Numbered from the stretch's first letter, positions 39,383 through 51,209 are shown. The stretch: 64,000 bases of DNA from an uncultured delta proteobacterium (GCA_903875445.1 CAIQWD010000027.1:43223-107222); one strand, 5' to 3'. Numbers and translations are program-made. The notes: generated by a model not told the origin, from the sequence alone.

Positions 39383-40153
39383 TTAGTCGAGTATCTGGCT
39401 CAGGAAGAGTTTGGTACGTTCATGCTGCGGATGGTGAAAGAATTCTTCGGGGCTGTTTTCTTCGAGAATCTCGCCACTATCCATAAAGAGCACCCGGTGG
39501 GCGACGCTCTTGGCAAAGCCCATCTCATGACTGACGACCAGCATGGTCATGCCCTCTTGGGCGAGGCTGATCATGACATCGAGAACCTCCTTAACCATCT
39601 CCGGGTCGAGTGCCGAGGTCGGTTCGTCAAAGAGCATGACGTTAGGTTTCATGCAGAGACTGCGGGCGATGGCCACCCGCTGTTGCTGTCCGCCCGAGAG
39701 CTGGCCGGGAAATTTCTTGGCCTGTTCGGCAATCCTGACCTTTTCCAGGTAGTACATGGCGATTTGTTCCGCCTCTTTTTTCGGCGTCTTGCGCACCCAA
39801 ATCGGCCCGAGGGTCAGATTCTCGAGGATGGTGAGATGGGGAAAGAGGTTGAAGTGCTGAAACACCATGCCCACCTCGGTCCTGATCTTTTCGATATTTT
39901 TCAGATCATTGGTCAGTTCGATGCCGTCGACGACGATACGACCCCGCTGATGTTCCTCCAGGCGGTTAATGCACCGGATCAGCGTCGATTTCCCCGAGCC
40001 GGAAGGGCCGCAGATGACTATTCGTTCGCCTTTTGAAACCGTCAGATTGACATCCTTTAAGACATGGAACTCCCCGTACCATTTATGCATATTTTCGATG
40101 GTGATAATCGGCATCGTGTCGACATTCTGCTGTCCGGCTTTTTGCGGGTTCAT
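39383..40153 (-). CDS. General L-amino-acid ABC ATPase (AapP/BztD-like)
   Basis: [33 protein letters not shown] and [11 protein letters not shown]. Confidence 0.92.
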   Translation of the reverse strand: MNPQKAGQQNVDTMPIITIENMHKWYGEFHVLKDVNLTVSKGERIVICGPSGSGKSTLIRCINRLEEHQRGRIVVDGIELTNDLKNIEKIRTEVGMVFQHFNLFPHLTILENLTLGPIWVRKTPKKEAEQIAMYYLEKVRIAEQAKKFPGQLSGGQQQRVAIARSLCMKPNVMLFDEPTSALDPEMVKEVLDVMISLAQEGMTMLVVSHEMGFAKSVAHRVLFMDSGEILEENSPEEFFHHPQHERTKLFLSQILD

Positions 40154-40230
40154 TGCTTTTCTTCCTCGGTTCTGATCACGGTTGATCATTATGGTGGTTT
40201 GATTCTTTCCTTTTTCGGGGCAATTCTTGG

Positions 40231-41331
40231 CTAATGCCCGGTATCAAGCTCCTTTTCCAGCCGTCTGCTGTAGTTGGACATGGCGTAACAACAAACAAAG
40301 TAGACCAACGCCACGAAAAAATAAGCCTCGGCGGAAAAGCCCATCCACTTCGGGTCGGACAGCGTGGTCTGGGTGGTTTTCAGTAAATCGTACAGGGCAA
40401 TGATGACTACCAGCGAGGTGTCCTTGAAGGCCGAAATAAGAATGCCCATCGAAGGTGGAATAACAATTTTCAAGGCCTGGGGCAGGATGATCAAGCGCAT
40501 GGCCTGGAAGTAATTCAGCCCAAGGGATTCGGCCGCCTCGTATTGTCCCTTGTTCATACCCTGCAGGCCGCCACGCACCACCTCGGCAATATAGGCAGCG
40601 GTAAAGAGAATAATCGCCACCTGGGCCCGCAGAATTTTATTGAGGGTCACCCCTTCCGGCAAAAACAACGGGAAAACCACCGACGACATAAACAACATGC
40701 TGATCAGGGGAACCCCTCTGATCAACTCGATGTACACCACAGAAAAAGATTTGATGATCGGCATCCTCGATTGTCGGCCGAGGGCCAACATCACCCCAAT
40801 CGGATAGGCGGCGGTGAGGCCGAACACCGACAGCAGCAAGGTGAGCGGCAGTCCGCCCCAGTTATCACTGTCAACGACCTCAAGGCCGAGGCCGCCCTTT
40901 AGCAGCAGGCCCATGGAAAACAGACCAAGCAACCAGGCATAAGCCAGCGATTTCCGCCAATGTTTCCGATTTTGGCTAAAAAACAGCAACAGCACCAGAA
41001 TGATCATCGCCAGCAGCGGTCGCCATTGCAGCTGGTGCGGATAAAAGCCGAAAGTAATAAAACGGATATTGGCGGTGATGACCGACCAACAGGCGCCGCT
41101 CCCTGCCTTGCACTGGTCACTGGTGGTAAACCAGCTGCTGTTGATAAAGGCCCACTTGATGAAGGAAGGAAGGGTCATAGAGAGCAGATAGAGAACAATC
41201 AACGAGAGGATGGAATTGAACCATCCGTCAAACAGGTTGACACGCATCCAGCCAATAATACCGATGCTGGTAACCGGCGGCTTGATGGCATCAGCGACTT
41301 TTTGGGGTTTAGTGAGTTCCATGGTTGCCAT
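40231..41331 (-). CDS. General L-amino-acid ABC permease (AapM-like)
   Basis: [19 protein letters not shown] and [12 protein letters not shown]. Confidence 0.9.
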   Translation of the reverse strand: MATMELTKPQKVADAIKPPVTSIGIIGWMRVNLFDGWFNSILSLIVLYLLSMTLPSFIKWAFINSSWFTTSDQCKAGSGACWSVITANIRFITFGFYPHQLQWRPLLAMIILVLLLFFSQNRKHWRKSLAYAWLLGLFSMGLLLKGGLGLEVVDSDNWGGLPLTLLLSVFGLTAAYPIGVMLALGRQSRMPIIKSFSVVYIELIRGVPLISMLFMSSVVFPLFLPEGVTLNKILRAQVAIILFTAAYIAEVVRGGLQGMNKGQYEAAESLGLNYFQAMRLIILPQALKIVIPPSMGILISAFKDTSLVVIIALYDLLKTTQTTLSDPKWMGFSAEAYFFVALVYFVCCYAMSNYSRRLEKELDTGH

Positions 41332-42515
41332 TATCTTTCCACGATAGCGATTTTTTTATTGTACCAGTTCATGAACGCCGAGGTCGAGAGGCTGAATGCC
41401 AGGTAGACGAACATGATCAAGGCGACTCCCTCAATGGCCTGGCCGGTCTGGTTAATGGTAGTACCGGCCACCGAGACAAAATCGGGATAACCGATGGCCA
41501 CCGCCAGTGAGCTGTTTTTGGTCAGATTGAGCATCTGGCTGGTAAGCGGCGGCACAATCACCCGCAGTGCCTGGGGGAGAATCACCAGATTAAGAACCTG
41601 ACCAGGTTTCAGGCCGATGGTCAGCGCCGCTTCGCGCTGACCCTTGCCGACCGACTGGATTCCCGCCCGGACGACTTCGGCAACAAAGGCCGAGGTATAA
41701 AGAACGAGACCGAGGAGCAGCGCGGTGAATTCCGGACTGATGGTGACTCCGCCTTTAAAATTGAAACCGGACAGCCTCGGTACATTCATGGTCGCAGGTG
41801 CACCCGTCAGCCACCAGGCGAGCAGGGGCAGACCGACGAAGAGGGCGATGGCGACTTTCATTACCGGAAAGATCCGGCCGCTGGCCGCCTGACGTTTGGC
41901 TGCCCATGTGCGGATGAAGAAAATCAGTAGGCAGGCCAGGCCGAAGGCCGCCGCCGCATAGAGATGGGCAACATGCCAATACGGTACCCCGAAAATAAGC
42001 CCCCGGTTGCAGAGGAAGACACCCGGCATGAGACCGAGCGCCTTTTGCGGTGCCGGCAGGATCTCATAGAAGAAGGCGTACCAGAAAAACAGTTGCAGGA
42101 GTATCGGAATGTCCTGGAACACCTCGATATAGATGGCCGCGAGTCTGGCCATTAGCCAGTTTTTGGATAGCCGGGCGATTCCCAGGACCGTCCCGAAAAT
42201 GACGGTGAGGGTAATACCGATGAAGGCGACGACCAAGGTATTGAGAAAACCTATGGAGAGCGCCCGACCGTAGCTATCGGCGGCGGAGTAACGCATAAGT
42301 TTTTCACCGATCTCGAAAGAAGCTTCTTTCCCGAGAAAGTCGAACCCTGTCGAGATCGACTGCCGCTCAAGGTTGGCCAAGGTATTGTGGATCAGATAAT
42401 AACTGAGCAGCCCGACACCGATTACGGTGAGCAGCTGATAGAGAATTGCCAGCTTGGCCGGGTCACGCAGAAAGGGAATTTTCTCTGGTACAGTAGTGTC
42501 CATATTCACCTGCAT
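41331..42515 (-). CDS. General L-amino-acid ABC permease (AapQ-like)
   Basis: GFDFL..EASFEI, GIARLSKNWL, SAFVAEVVRAGI and NLTKNSSLAVAIGYPD. Confidence 0.9.
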   Translation of the reverse strand: MQVNMDTTVPEKIPFLRDPAKLAILYQLLTVIGVGLLSYYLIHNTLANLERQSISTGFDFLGKEASFEIGEKLMRYSAADSYGRALSIGFLNTLVVAFIGITLTVIFGTVLGIARLSKNWLMARLAAIYIEVFQDIPILLQLFFWYAFFYEILPAPQKALGLMPGVFLCNRGLIFGVPYWHVAHLYAAAAFGLACLLIFFIRTWAAKRQAASGRIFPVMKVAIALFVGLPLLAWWLTGAPATMNVPRLSGFNFKGGVTISPEFTALLLGLVLYTSAFVAEVVRAGIQSVGKGQREAALTIGLKPGQVLNLVILPQALRVIVPPLTSQMLNLTKNSSLAVAIGYPDFVSVAGTTINQTGQAIEGVALIMFVYLAFSLSTSAFMNWYNKKIAIVER

Positions 42516-42520
42516 AATCG

Positions 42521-42548
42521 GTCCTGCCCGGCAGGAACCGGGCAGGAC
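42521..42548. terminator. Intergenic stem-loop between the binding-protein and permease genes (mRNA stabiliser or partial terminator)
   Basis: GTCCTGCCCGG-CAGGAA-CCGGGCAGGAC. Confidence 0.6.
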
Positions 42549-42563
42549 ATCGGGGTTAATTCG

Positions 42564-43583
42564 CTACTTAAAAGGAGGTGAATACATCAGACCGCCATTA
42601 TTCCACAGGGCGTTTAGGCCGCGTTTGAGCATCAGCGGGGTGTTGACGCCGACGTTACGTTCAAAGACCTCGCTGTAGTTGCCGACCTGCTTGACAATAT
42701 TGTAAGCCCATTTCTCGTCAAGGCCGAGGGACTTGCCGTTACCCGGGGTAACGCCGAGGAACCGCATGACAGCAGGGTTGGTGCTGGTCATCATTTCGTC
42801 GACGTTCTTCGAGGTTATGCCCAGTTCTTCCGCCTCGATCATCGCCAGGACCACATAGTTGACGACATCCTTCCATTGGTTGTCGCCATGCCGGACAGCT
42901 GGGGCGAGAGGTTCCTTGGAGATGATTTCCGGGAGGATGGTATAGTCGGCGGGATTGGGGGCTACCGCGCGGATACCGGCCAGCTGAGAGGCATCGGAGG
43001 TCAGACAATCGCAACGACCGGCGAAGAAGGCCTTGGCCAATTCGGCATTGTTCTCGATAACCACGGGATTCATCTTCATCTTGTTGACTCGGAAATAATC
43101 GGCGACATTCTGCTCGGTGGTGGTGCCGGGGAGGACGCAGACGGAGGCGCCATCCAGTTCCTTGGCGCTTTTTACCCCGAGTTTGTTGGGAATCAGGAAG
43201 CCCTGGCCGTCATAGTAGTTGACCTGAACGAAGTCGAGACCGAGGTCGGTGTCACGACTAAGGGTCTGGGTGGCATTACGGGTGAGGACATCAATCTCGC
43301 CGGATTGCAGAGCGGTGAAACGGGTTTTGGTGGTCAGCGGGGTAAATTTCACCTTTTCCGCATCGCCGAAAATGGCGGCGGCAATCGCTCTGGCGGTATC
43401 GATATCAAGGCCTTTCCATACGCCTTTTTCATCGGGTTTGCCGAAGCCGAAAAGGTCGCTGTTGACGCCGGTCTGAACAAAGCCCTTGGTCTTGACAGCA
43501 TCAAGGGTGCCGGAAATCGCAACGCCTGCGGTCAGACAAAATGCGACCACTACTGCTGGGACAATTCGCTGAAAATGTGCCAT
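42564..43583 (-). CDS. General L-amino-acid-binding protein (AapJ/BztA-like)
   Basis: RFTALQSGEIDVL.RN, YYDGQGFL, ISKEPLAP.VRHGD.QW and GNYSEVFERN. Confidence 0.92.
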   Translation of the reverse strand: MAHFQRIVPAVVVAFCLTAGVAISGTLDAVKTKGFVQTGVNSDLFGFGKPDEKGVWKGLDIDTARAIAAAIFGDAEKVKFTPLTTKTRFTALQSGEIDVLTRNATQTLSRDTDLGLDFVQVNYYDGQGFLIPNKLGVKSAKELDGASVCVLPGTTTEQNVADYFRVNKMKMNPVVIENNAELAKAFFAGRCDCLTSDASQLAGIRAVAPNPADYTILPEIISKEPLAPAVRHGDNQWKDVVNYVVLAMIEAEELGITSKNVDEMMTSTNPAVMRFLGVTPGNGKSLGLDEKWAYNIVKQVGNYSEVFERNVGVNTPLMLKRGLNALWNNGGLMYSPPFK

Positions 43584-43847
43584 AAAAACGCCTCCTTGTG
43601 GAATTGTAGTAAATTATGCCGCCGGAGAACCTCGTCGGACAGCTGGAATCGATACTTCGCAATGACCAAGCCCTTCAACAGCACCTAATTCTACCTGATA
43701 GGCACGATCATCGTTAATAGATAATGTTATTCCAATATTTACAGATTGTGTCAAGCAGTCTGATCACTGGGAATCATTATTTTAAACAGGGGCAAAGGTC
43801 GAGACCATCAACACTTTCAGAGTATTTGATCTATGGTCGACGTCGCT

Positions 43848-44513
43848 TTATGAGGATAACTGATGGGTGCTTGCGGTGGGAAGGAATATCTCTTCCCTCA
43901 GGTGAAGGGTAATTTCATCCGGTGTGAGGTCGAGGAAGCTGAACAGGTACTTTTCAAAGTCCAGGGTACGTTTAAAATTCAGGCGGATATGCTGTTCCTT
44001 CTGCGGATTGTCGTCGCCATAGCGTTCAAGAATATATTCAAGACGACTGGCCAGCGGCACCACCTGGTCGTGGCGCACCCGCTTGTCGGCATAGAAAACC
44101 AGTTCTTTGGCACCGAACAGGCCGCGTTGGTAAAGATCGGCATGAAAATGCTGCAACACCACATGTTCGGCGACGATCGCGCCGATCTCCGGGTAGCCGA
44201 GATCGACGCAGATCTGCCGACCGATTTCCGCATGATGGCAACCGGTTTTGATGCACAGGGTCTTGGCGATATCGTGCAGCAGGGCGCCGGCAATTGTCTC
44301 GTCGCGGTTCGGCGGGGGACCTGGGCATTTCCCTGTTCTCGCCAGGCCATCGACCAGGGCCCCGGCTACCCGGGCGACAAGAATCGAGTGCTCGCGAATA
44401 TTGTCAAACATTGCAAACTGGTCGAAAAGGTCTCGGCACTGGCTGGGGGAAGGAATGGCTATGGCCATGGGATCACTCATGTTATGATGATATATTTCGA
44501 CCGTTATCGGCAA
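43848..44513 (-). CDS. HD-domain phosphohydrolase
   Basis: IREHS, ALLHDIAK, HAEIG and YADKRV. Confidence 0.85.
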   Translation of the reverse strand: MPITVEIYHHNMSDPMAIAIPSPSQCRDLFDQFAMFDNIREHSILVARVAGALVDGLARTGKCPGPPPNRDETIAGALLHDIAKTLCIKTGCHHAEIGRQICVDLGYPEIGAIVAEHVVLQHFHADLYQRGLFGAKELVFYADKRVRHDQVVPLASRLEYILERYGDDNPQKEQHIRLNFKRTLDFEKYLFSFLDLTPDEITLHLREEIFLPTASTHQLSS

Positions 44514-45523
44514 CTGAGTTCATGGACCGCGTCAACGGCAATTTTCGCCTGTTCCGGTGGGGTGAATTGATGAATCCCGTGGCCGAGGTTGAAAATGTGA
44601 CCATGTGCATCCTTGGCATCGTCGAGCAGGCGACCGATCCTCGTCCGCAACCGGTCCTTGGGGAGGAGCAGGGCAAAGGGGTCGAGGTTGCCTTGAACCG
44701 CTTTTGCCCCGACTCTTTTTATGGCTTCACCGATGGGAATGCGCCAGTCGAGGCCGATAACGTCGGCACCGGAGCCGGCGGAGAGTTCGAGTAGCGTCGC
44801 CCCGTTATTGGCAAAATAGATGAGGGGCAGGGCGCACGGCTTAAGGGCGGCGAGAATCTTTTGTACATAGGGCAGGGCGAACTCGGCAAAATCGTCGGGT
44901 GCGAGGATCCCGACCCAGCTGTCGAAGAGTTGCAGGGCCTGGGCTCCGGCCCTGGCCTGGGCCTGCAGGTATAAGATGGTGCTGTCGGTAATTTTGGCCA
45001 TCAGGTTGTGGAACAGTTCCGGTTCGCGGTACATCATCTTCTTGGTTTCCCAGAACACCTTGGAGGACCCGCCTTCAATGAGGTAGGTGGCACAGGTAAA
45101 AGGCGCTCCGGCAAAACCGATGAGCGGCACCTGCAACTCCCGGCGCAGCAGGCGGATGGTTTCCATGACAAAACCTGTTTGTTCGTTCGCGTCGGGAACG
45201 ATGAGGCGGTCAAGGGCGGCCTGGTCGCGAATGGTCGTATGAAAAATCGGTCCCCGGCCTTCGTGGAATTCAAGCGGTGCCCCCATCGCCTCCATGAGAA
45301 TGAGGATATCGGAAAAGAGGATTGCCGCATCCATGCCGAGGAGGTCCACCGGCTGGAGAGTCACCTCGACGCACAGCTCCGGGGTCTTACACAGTTCGAG
45401 AAAGGAGATTTTGCCCCTGACCTTCTGGTATTCCGGCAGATATCGTCCGGCCTGGCGCATCATCCAGATCGGCGTGTAAGCGGTTTGTTCACCGCGGCAT
45501 GCTTTGAGAAAGGTATCGTTCAT
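44504..45523 (-). CDS. hemE: Uroporphyrinogen decarboxylase
   Basis: PIWMMRQAGRYLPEY, DAAILFSDIL, LIGFAGAPFT and HIFNLGHG. Confidence 0.96.
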   Translation of the reverse strand: MNDTFLKACRGEQTAYTPIWMMRQAGRYLPEYQKVRGKISFLELCKTPELCVEVTLQPVDLLGMDAAILFSDILILMEAMGAPLEFHEGRGPIFHTTIRDQAALDRLIVPDANEQTGFVMETIRLLRRELQVPLIGFAGAPFTCATYLIEGGSSKVFWETKKMMYREPELFHNLMAKITDSTILYLQAQARAGAQALQLFDSWVGILAPDDFAEFALPYVQKILAALKPCALPLIYFANNGATLLELSAGSGADVIGLDWRIPIGEAIKRVGAKAVQGNLDPFALLLPKDRLRTRIGRLLDDAKDAHGHIFNLGHGIHQFTPPEQAKIAVDAVHELSCR

Positions 45524-45556
45524 AGATTTTTCAGGTTGATTTCTGGTAGTGTGCTT

Positions 45557-46627
45557 CTATTGTTCTTTTGGGGTAAATTGCCTTGGAATGTAGCTGCAAA
45601 AGGGCTCTTGGGCCAGATAGTCTCCCGTCATGGCATAAGCCCTTGCCCGGCATCCGCCGCAGACCCCGACATATTCGCATTTTCCACAATTATCCTTATA
45701 CCCTTTGAAATCGCGAAGTTGAAGGAAAAGTTCCGATTCTTCCCAGATTGTTTTAAAAGGGGTCTTGGTGATGTTGCCGGCGGATTTGGCAAAGTAGCTG
45801 CAGGGTAGGACCTCGCCGTCGACATCGATCAGGCAGATGAGCTGGCCGGCCAGACAGCCTTTCGAGCCGCCGGTTGAAAACTGCAGATTCCTCCTCGCCA
45901 ATTTTTCGCCCTCCTCCTTGGCCTTCTGCCGAACAATCCGGTAGTAATGGGGGGCGCAGGTCGGCCGCATGAGCAGTTCATTCTCCTGCTTTTCGACTTG
46001 ATAATGCCATTCGAGGATTTCGTCGTACACGCTCTCCGGAATGAGTTCCTCCATGATCTCCTGGCCGCGACCGGTGGGGACGATCATGAACATATACCAG
46101 GCGGTGGCTCCGAGGGATTTGACGAGCCGGTAGATTTCCGGGATTTCCAGGCGATTGCGAACGGTAAAAGAAGAATTGATCAAAAAAGGGATGGAGTGTT
46201 TTTTAAAGAGGCGGATGGCGTTCATGGTGCCGTCAAAGGCCCCTTGTTGATTCCTGAAGTTGTCGTGGGTTTCGGCCCTTGCACCGTCGAGGCTGAGGGA
46301 CACCATTTTAATCTCGGCCGCCTTTATTTGCTCGCAGATGGCGTCGTTTACCAGGGTGCCGTTGGTGGCCAGACACATGCGAAAACCTTGAGCGGTGCCG
46401 TATTTGGCGATCTCGAAGACATCGGCGCGGAGCAGAGGTTCGCCGCCGGAAAGCACCAGCACCGGCCTCGCGTAGGAGGCGATAGCGTCGATAATCGCCT
46501 TGGCCTGGTCGAAGGAAAAATCGGGGTGTCCGGCGGCTTCAAGTTCAGATGAGGAGCGGCAGTGGACGCATTTGAGATTGCAGCGGCGGGTGATTTCCCA
46601 GGCTATCCATTTCGGTTGAAACTCCAT
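45557..46627 (-). CDS. ahbD: Radical SAM/SPASM heme b synthase, AhbD-like (start MEFQP at 46627)
   Basis: [37 protein letters not shown] and CGKC...CGGCRARA. Confidence 0.7.
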   Translation of the reverse strand: MEFQPKWIAWEITRRCNLKCVHCRSSSELEAAGHPDFSFDQAKAIIDAIASYARPVLVLSGGEPLLRADVFEIAKYGTAQGFRMCLATNGTLVNDAICEQIKAAEIKMVSLSLDGARAETHDNFRNQQGAFDGTMNAIRLFKKHSIPFLINSSFTVRNRLEIPEIYRLVKSLGATAWYMFMIVPTGRGQEIMEELIPESVYDEILEWHYQVEKQENELLMRPTCAPHYYRIVRQKAKEEGEKLARRNLQFSTGGSKGCLAGQLICLIDVDGEVLPCSYFAKSAGNITKTPFKTIWEESELFLQLRDFKGYKDNCGKCEYVGVCGGCRARAYAMTGDYLAQEPFCSYIPRQFTPKEQ

Positions 46628-46915
46628 GCACTCTCCTCCCTGCGCGGTTGCTGTCTTTGAAAAAGCTACAGGAAAATGTTGTGACCCTTTGTGGTCGTGA
46701 ATCTTGCCCAATAGGTTTGTTCATTGAGCCGCAACGTGGAAAAAACCATAATCGGGATAGCTTGTAAACAGTAAGTATTTTCGCGGGAGAAATAAAGCGC
46801 CCACCTTCCGGAGGCCTATTGCGATTTCTTTGGAGGGGAGGTGGAAGCATCGCAAGTATTCGCGTTAAGCCGTTGTAAAAAAATATGGGCCGAAGGCATG
46901 CCTGGAACGGCATAA

Positions 46916-46966
46916 GGAGCCGTAAGGAAATGGTTATAAATGGTCTAGTTATTTCCTAACGGCTCC
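46916..46966. mobile_element. 51-bp MITE-like element with 16-bp terminal inverted repeats, flanked by TAA on both sides
   Basis: TAA|GGAGCCGTAAGGAAAT...ATTTCCTAACGGCTCC|TAA. Related sequences at 53945-53988 and 46868-46890. Confidence 0.6.
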
Positions 46967-47125
46967 TAAATCTTGAATTCCCGATGCTTGATCTTTATAA
47001 TTTGTGCTAAATAGCTTATAGTGCTAACCCTGTTACGATCCGGCTGGTAAAAGCCTTGTTGGTTATGCAAAGTGTTCAAAGTGACGCACAAAATCTTGCG
47101 CTAAGATACGCATTGAAGGGGAAAT

Positions 47126-48433
47126 ATGTTGATCTCACCGGTTGTTCTGAGCAGTCCCGAAGGTGAAAGCCTGCTGCACGGCCTGTTGAACCGTTTTCAG
47201 GCGGGCGATAATTCCTGTCGTGGAGTTGTCAGGGATATACTCCAGGCGGTGCGGGAAATGAAGGATGAAGCGGTGGTCGCCTATGGCCGCAAATACGATG
47301 CCCCGGAACTGAGTGCCGGGCAACTGCAAGTGAGCGCCAAGGAACTGCAGGAGGCCTACCAACAGGTTGACGACCAGTTTCTCGAAAGTCTTGGCAGGGC
47401 TATCGAACGTATCCAAGCCTTCCACGAACGGGAGATGGAAGACTCCTGGTTGCAGACTCGTGAGGATGGGACAATCGTCGGCAGGCTGGTACGTCCCGTG
47501 GACTCGGCCGGGCTCTATGTTCCCGGCGGCAAGGGTGGAACGACCCCGCTCGTCTCCTCGGTCCTTATGAACGGCATTCCGGCCGGTATCGCCGGTGTCA
47601 ACCAGCGGGTGATGGTAACGCCTCCGGGTAAAGACGGCAAGGTCAGTCCGCATCTTCTCGTGGCCGCCCAGGAAATAGGTATCACCGAAATTTATAAGGC
47701 CGGCTCGGCCTGGGCGATCGGCGCCTTGGCCTTTGGTACCGAGACCATCCCCCGCGTCGATGTGATTGTCGGCCCCGGCAACCAGTATGTCGCCGAGGCG
47801 AAAAGACAGGTGTCGGGAATGGTTCGCATCGATATGATCGCCGGGCCCTCCGAGGTGCTGATCGTCGCCGATGCCACCGCCTCCGCCGTAAGTGTTGCCG
47901 CCGATATGCTGGCGCAGGCGGAACATGATCCGCTGGCCCTGGCCATTCTCGTGACCACCCATGCGCCACTCGCCGGCGCGGTGGTGGCCGAACTTGAGCG
48001 GCAGTTGCCGTTGCTGTCCAGGCAAGAAATTGCCCGGAAGGCGCTGGCCGACCGCGGGATCATCCTCATCGCGGAAGACCTGGAGACGGCAATTGAACTC
48101 GCCAACAATGTGGCAATCGAGCATCTTGAATTGATGATAGCCGACCCTTGGTCGCAGCTCCCGCATATCCGTCATGCCGGGGCGATTTTCCTCGGTGCCA
48201 ATACCCCGGAGGCGGCCGGAGACTATATTGCCGGCCCGAATCATGTCCTGCCGACCATGGGCACCGCGCGGTTTGCCTCGGCCCTTGGGGTTGAGACTTT
48301 TTTGAAAAAGAGTTCAATCATCAGTTATTCGGCGCAGGGCCTTGCCGCCGACAGCGAGCATATCATCCGTTTGGCAGAACTCGAGGGCTTGACCGCCCAT
48401 GCCGCCTCGGTTGCCGTGAGACTCGGGAAATGA
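47126..48433 (+). CDS. hisD: Histidinol dehydrogenase
   Basis: GLYVPGG, VGPGNQYVAEAK, IDMIAGPSEV, AQAEHD, EHLEL and DYIAGPNHVLPT. Confidence 0.96.
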   Translation: MLISPVVLSSPEGESLLHGLLNRFQAGDNSCRGVVRDILQAVREMKDEAVVAYGRKYDAPELSAGQLQVSAKELQEAYQQVDDQFLESLGRAIERIQAFHEREMEDSWLQTREDGTIVGRLVRPVDSAGLYVPGGKGGTTPLVSSVLMNGIPAGIAGVNQRVMVTPPGKDGKVSPHLLVAAQEIGITEIYKAGSAWAIGALAFGTETIPRVDVIVGPGNQYVAEAKRQVSGMVRIDMIAGPSEVLIVADATASAVSVAADMLAQAEHDPLALAILVTTHAPLAGAVVAELERQLPLLSRQEIARKALADRGIILIAEDLETAIELANNVAIEHLELMIADPWSQLPHIRHAGAIFLGANTPEAAGDYIAGPNHVLPTMGTARFASALGVETFLKKSSIISYSAQGLAADSEHIIRLAELEGLTAHAASVAVRLGK

Positions 48434-49092
48434 GCAGCGAGTTTTCTGCTCGCCTGGCAACCGGCCTGAACAGTTTTAACCTGGTTCTGCCGCCCGATGC
48501 GGTTGGGCGACTGGCGTGCTATTTCAACGAACTGCTGAAGTGGAGCAAAAAGGTCAACCTGATCGCCAAGGCGACCGAACCGGAGCAGATTATTGAGAAC
48601 CATTTTATCGATTCCCTGACCCTTCTGCCGCTGCTTACCGGCGCTGGCACGCATCTTTTGGACATCGGCAGCGGTGCCGGTTTTCCCGGCCTGGTCTGCA
48701 AGGCGGCCCTGCCGGAGCTGGCCGTCACCCTGGTGGAACCGCGCGGCAAGCGGGTAAGTTTTCTTGGCCATATCGCCCGAACCCTGGGACTGCAGGGAGT
48801 CACCATTCTTACCTGCCGGATTGAGAACGAGGTGCAGCTGCCATCTAGGCAGATCTTCTCCCATATAACCGGCAGGGCGATAACGGAGATCGGCCCTTTC
48901 CTTCTTATGGTCGAAAGGTTCGCCCCGACCGGTCCGCAGGTGATCTGTATGAAAGGCCCGAAATGGCAGGAAGAACTGGCCACCGCTGCGGAAATTGTCA
49001 GCCGTTCTTCCTATAGGCTGACCAAGGTGATTGAGCATACATTGCCTTTTTCCGGGGCAAAACGCAGTCTTTTGCTTTTTGACAGCCGGTAA
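48430..49092 (+). CDS. rsmG: 16S rRNA G527 methyltransferase
   Basis: NLIA, HFIDSL, LDIGSGAGFPGL and EPRGKRVSFL. Confidence 0.92.
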   Translation: MSSEFSARLATGLNSFNLVLPPDAVGRLACYFNELLKWSKKVNLIAKATEPEQIIENHFIDSLTLLPLLTGAGTHLLDIGSGAGFPGLVCKAALPELAVTLVEPRGKRVSFLGHIARTLGLQGVTILTCRIENEVQLPSRQIFSHITGRAITEIGPFLLMVERFAPTGPQVICMKGPKWQEELATAAEIVSRSSYRLTKVIEHTLPFSGAKRSLLLFDSR

Positions 49093-49133
49093 GCAGTTGA
49101 AAGTTGTTTGTTGTTGCTTGCGATTCCTATTAA

Positions 49134-50231
<1,098 letters not shown>

Positions 50232-50244
50232 GAAGAGCAAGACA

Positions 50245-50279
50245 GTCCCGGAAAACCACAGTCACATGTTTTCCGGGAC
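50245..50279. terminator. 12-bp stem-loop between leuB and prs, abutting the prs SD
   Basis: GTCCCGGAAAAC-N11-GTTTTCCGGGAC, then GGAGGA. Confidence 0.55.
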
Positions 50280-50291
50280 GGAGGAACGCCC

Positions 50292-51209
50292 ATGCAGAAC
50301 AAGGAGAATGTCATTCTCGTGGCCAACGAGGCCTCTACCGAGCTTGGTCATAAACTGGCCGAGCGGCTGTGGATGCCGTTTACCGAAATGATCCGCAAGC
50401 GCTTTTCCGACGGCGAGCAATACCACGCCTTTCCAACGTCCATAGCCGGCAAGGATCTGGTGATCCTTGGCGTCACCCACGACGACACTTCGCATCAGGA
50501 ACTCCTCGATCTTATCTCCGGGGGGATCTATTGGAATGCTTTGTCGATCAGCGTCATTATCCCTTTTCTCGGCTATTCCACCATGGAAAGGGCCAAACCG
50601 CGATCCCATGAAATCCCCAAGGGGATTACCCGGACCAGGCAGATATTCAAGGCCAGACCCAATTACGTGGCCTTCGTCGATCTGCATTCGGAGGCGGTTC
50701 TCCATGCCCATGGTGGAGAAATTCGTACTCAGCATGTTTGGACTGACGACCTGGTGGTCGACAAAATAAAAAAGAGCGGGCTCACTGATTATGTCCTCGT
50801 CTCTCCGGATTACGGCTATTCCAAAAGGATCGCCAAGCTGGCGAGCATGTTGGATTGTCCGCATACAGCCGCCGACAAAGACCGCTATGATACCGATAAA
50901 ACCATTGTCGGCCAGGTGTCGAGCGTCGTTAAGGGGAAAACGGCCATAATTTGCGACGATATGATCCGTACCGGCGGTTCGATCCTCCAGACCGCCAGGA
51001 GATGTCTTGAGGCGGGAGCGAAGGATGTCGTCGCCCATGCCACGCATCTGGTGCTGGCCGGCGATTCCCTGGAAAATTTTCGCCACGGACCGATCTCCCG
51101 GATCCTCGGTTCCGACACCTATCCGGGGCGGAAAAGCGACGACCTCCTTGATGTCTATTCGGTGGCACCGCTTCTCGCCGACGTTATTGAACAGCATCTG
51201 CAGATCTGA
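50292..51209 (+). CDS. prs: Ribose-phosphate pyrophosphokinase (divergent)
   Basis: RFSDGE, PFLGYSTMER, DLHS, VSPDYG and PRT motif ICDDMIRTGGSI. Confidence 0.85.
   Translation: MQNKENVILVANEASTELGHKLAERLWMPFTEMIRKRFSDGEQYHAFPTSIAGKDLVILGVTHDDTSHQELLDLISGGIYWNALSISVIIPFLGYSTMERAKPRSHEIPKGITRTRQIFKARPNYVAFVDLHSEAVLHAHGGEIRTQHVWTDDLVVDKIKKSGLTDYVLVSPDYGYSKRIAKLASMLDCPHTAADKDRYDTDKTIVGQVSSVVKGKTAIICDDMIRTGGSILQTARRCLEAGAKDVVAHATHLVLAGDSLENFRHGPISRILGSDTYPGRKSDDLLDVYSVAPLLADVIEQHLQI

Noticed and set aside
45327-45337. GCATCCATGC resembling the hairpin motif in hsdR
   Set aside because: It lies in the conserved hemE coding motif GMDAAI and has only a 3-bp stem, so it is a chance match.
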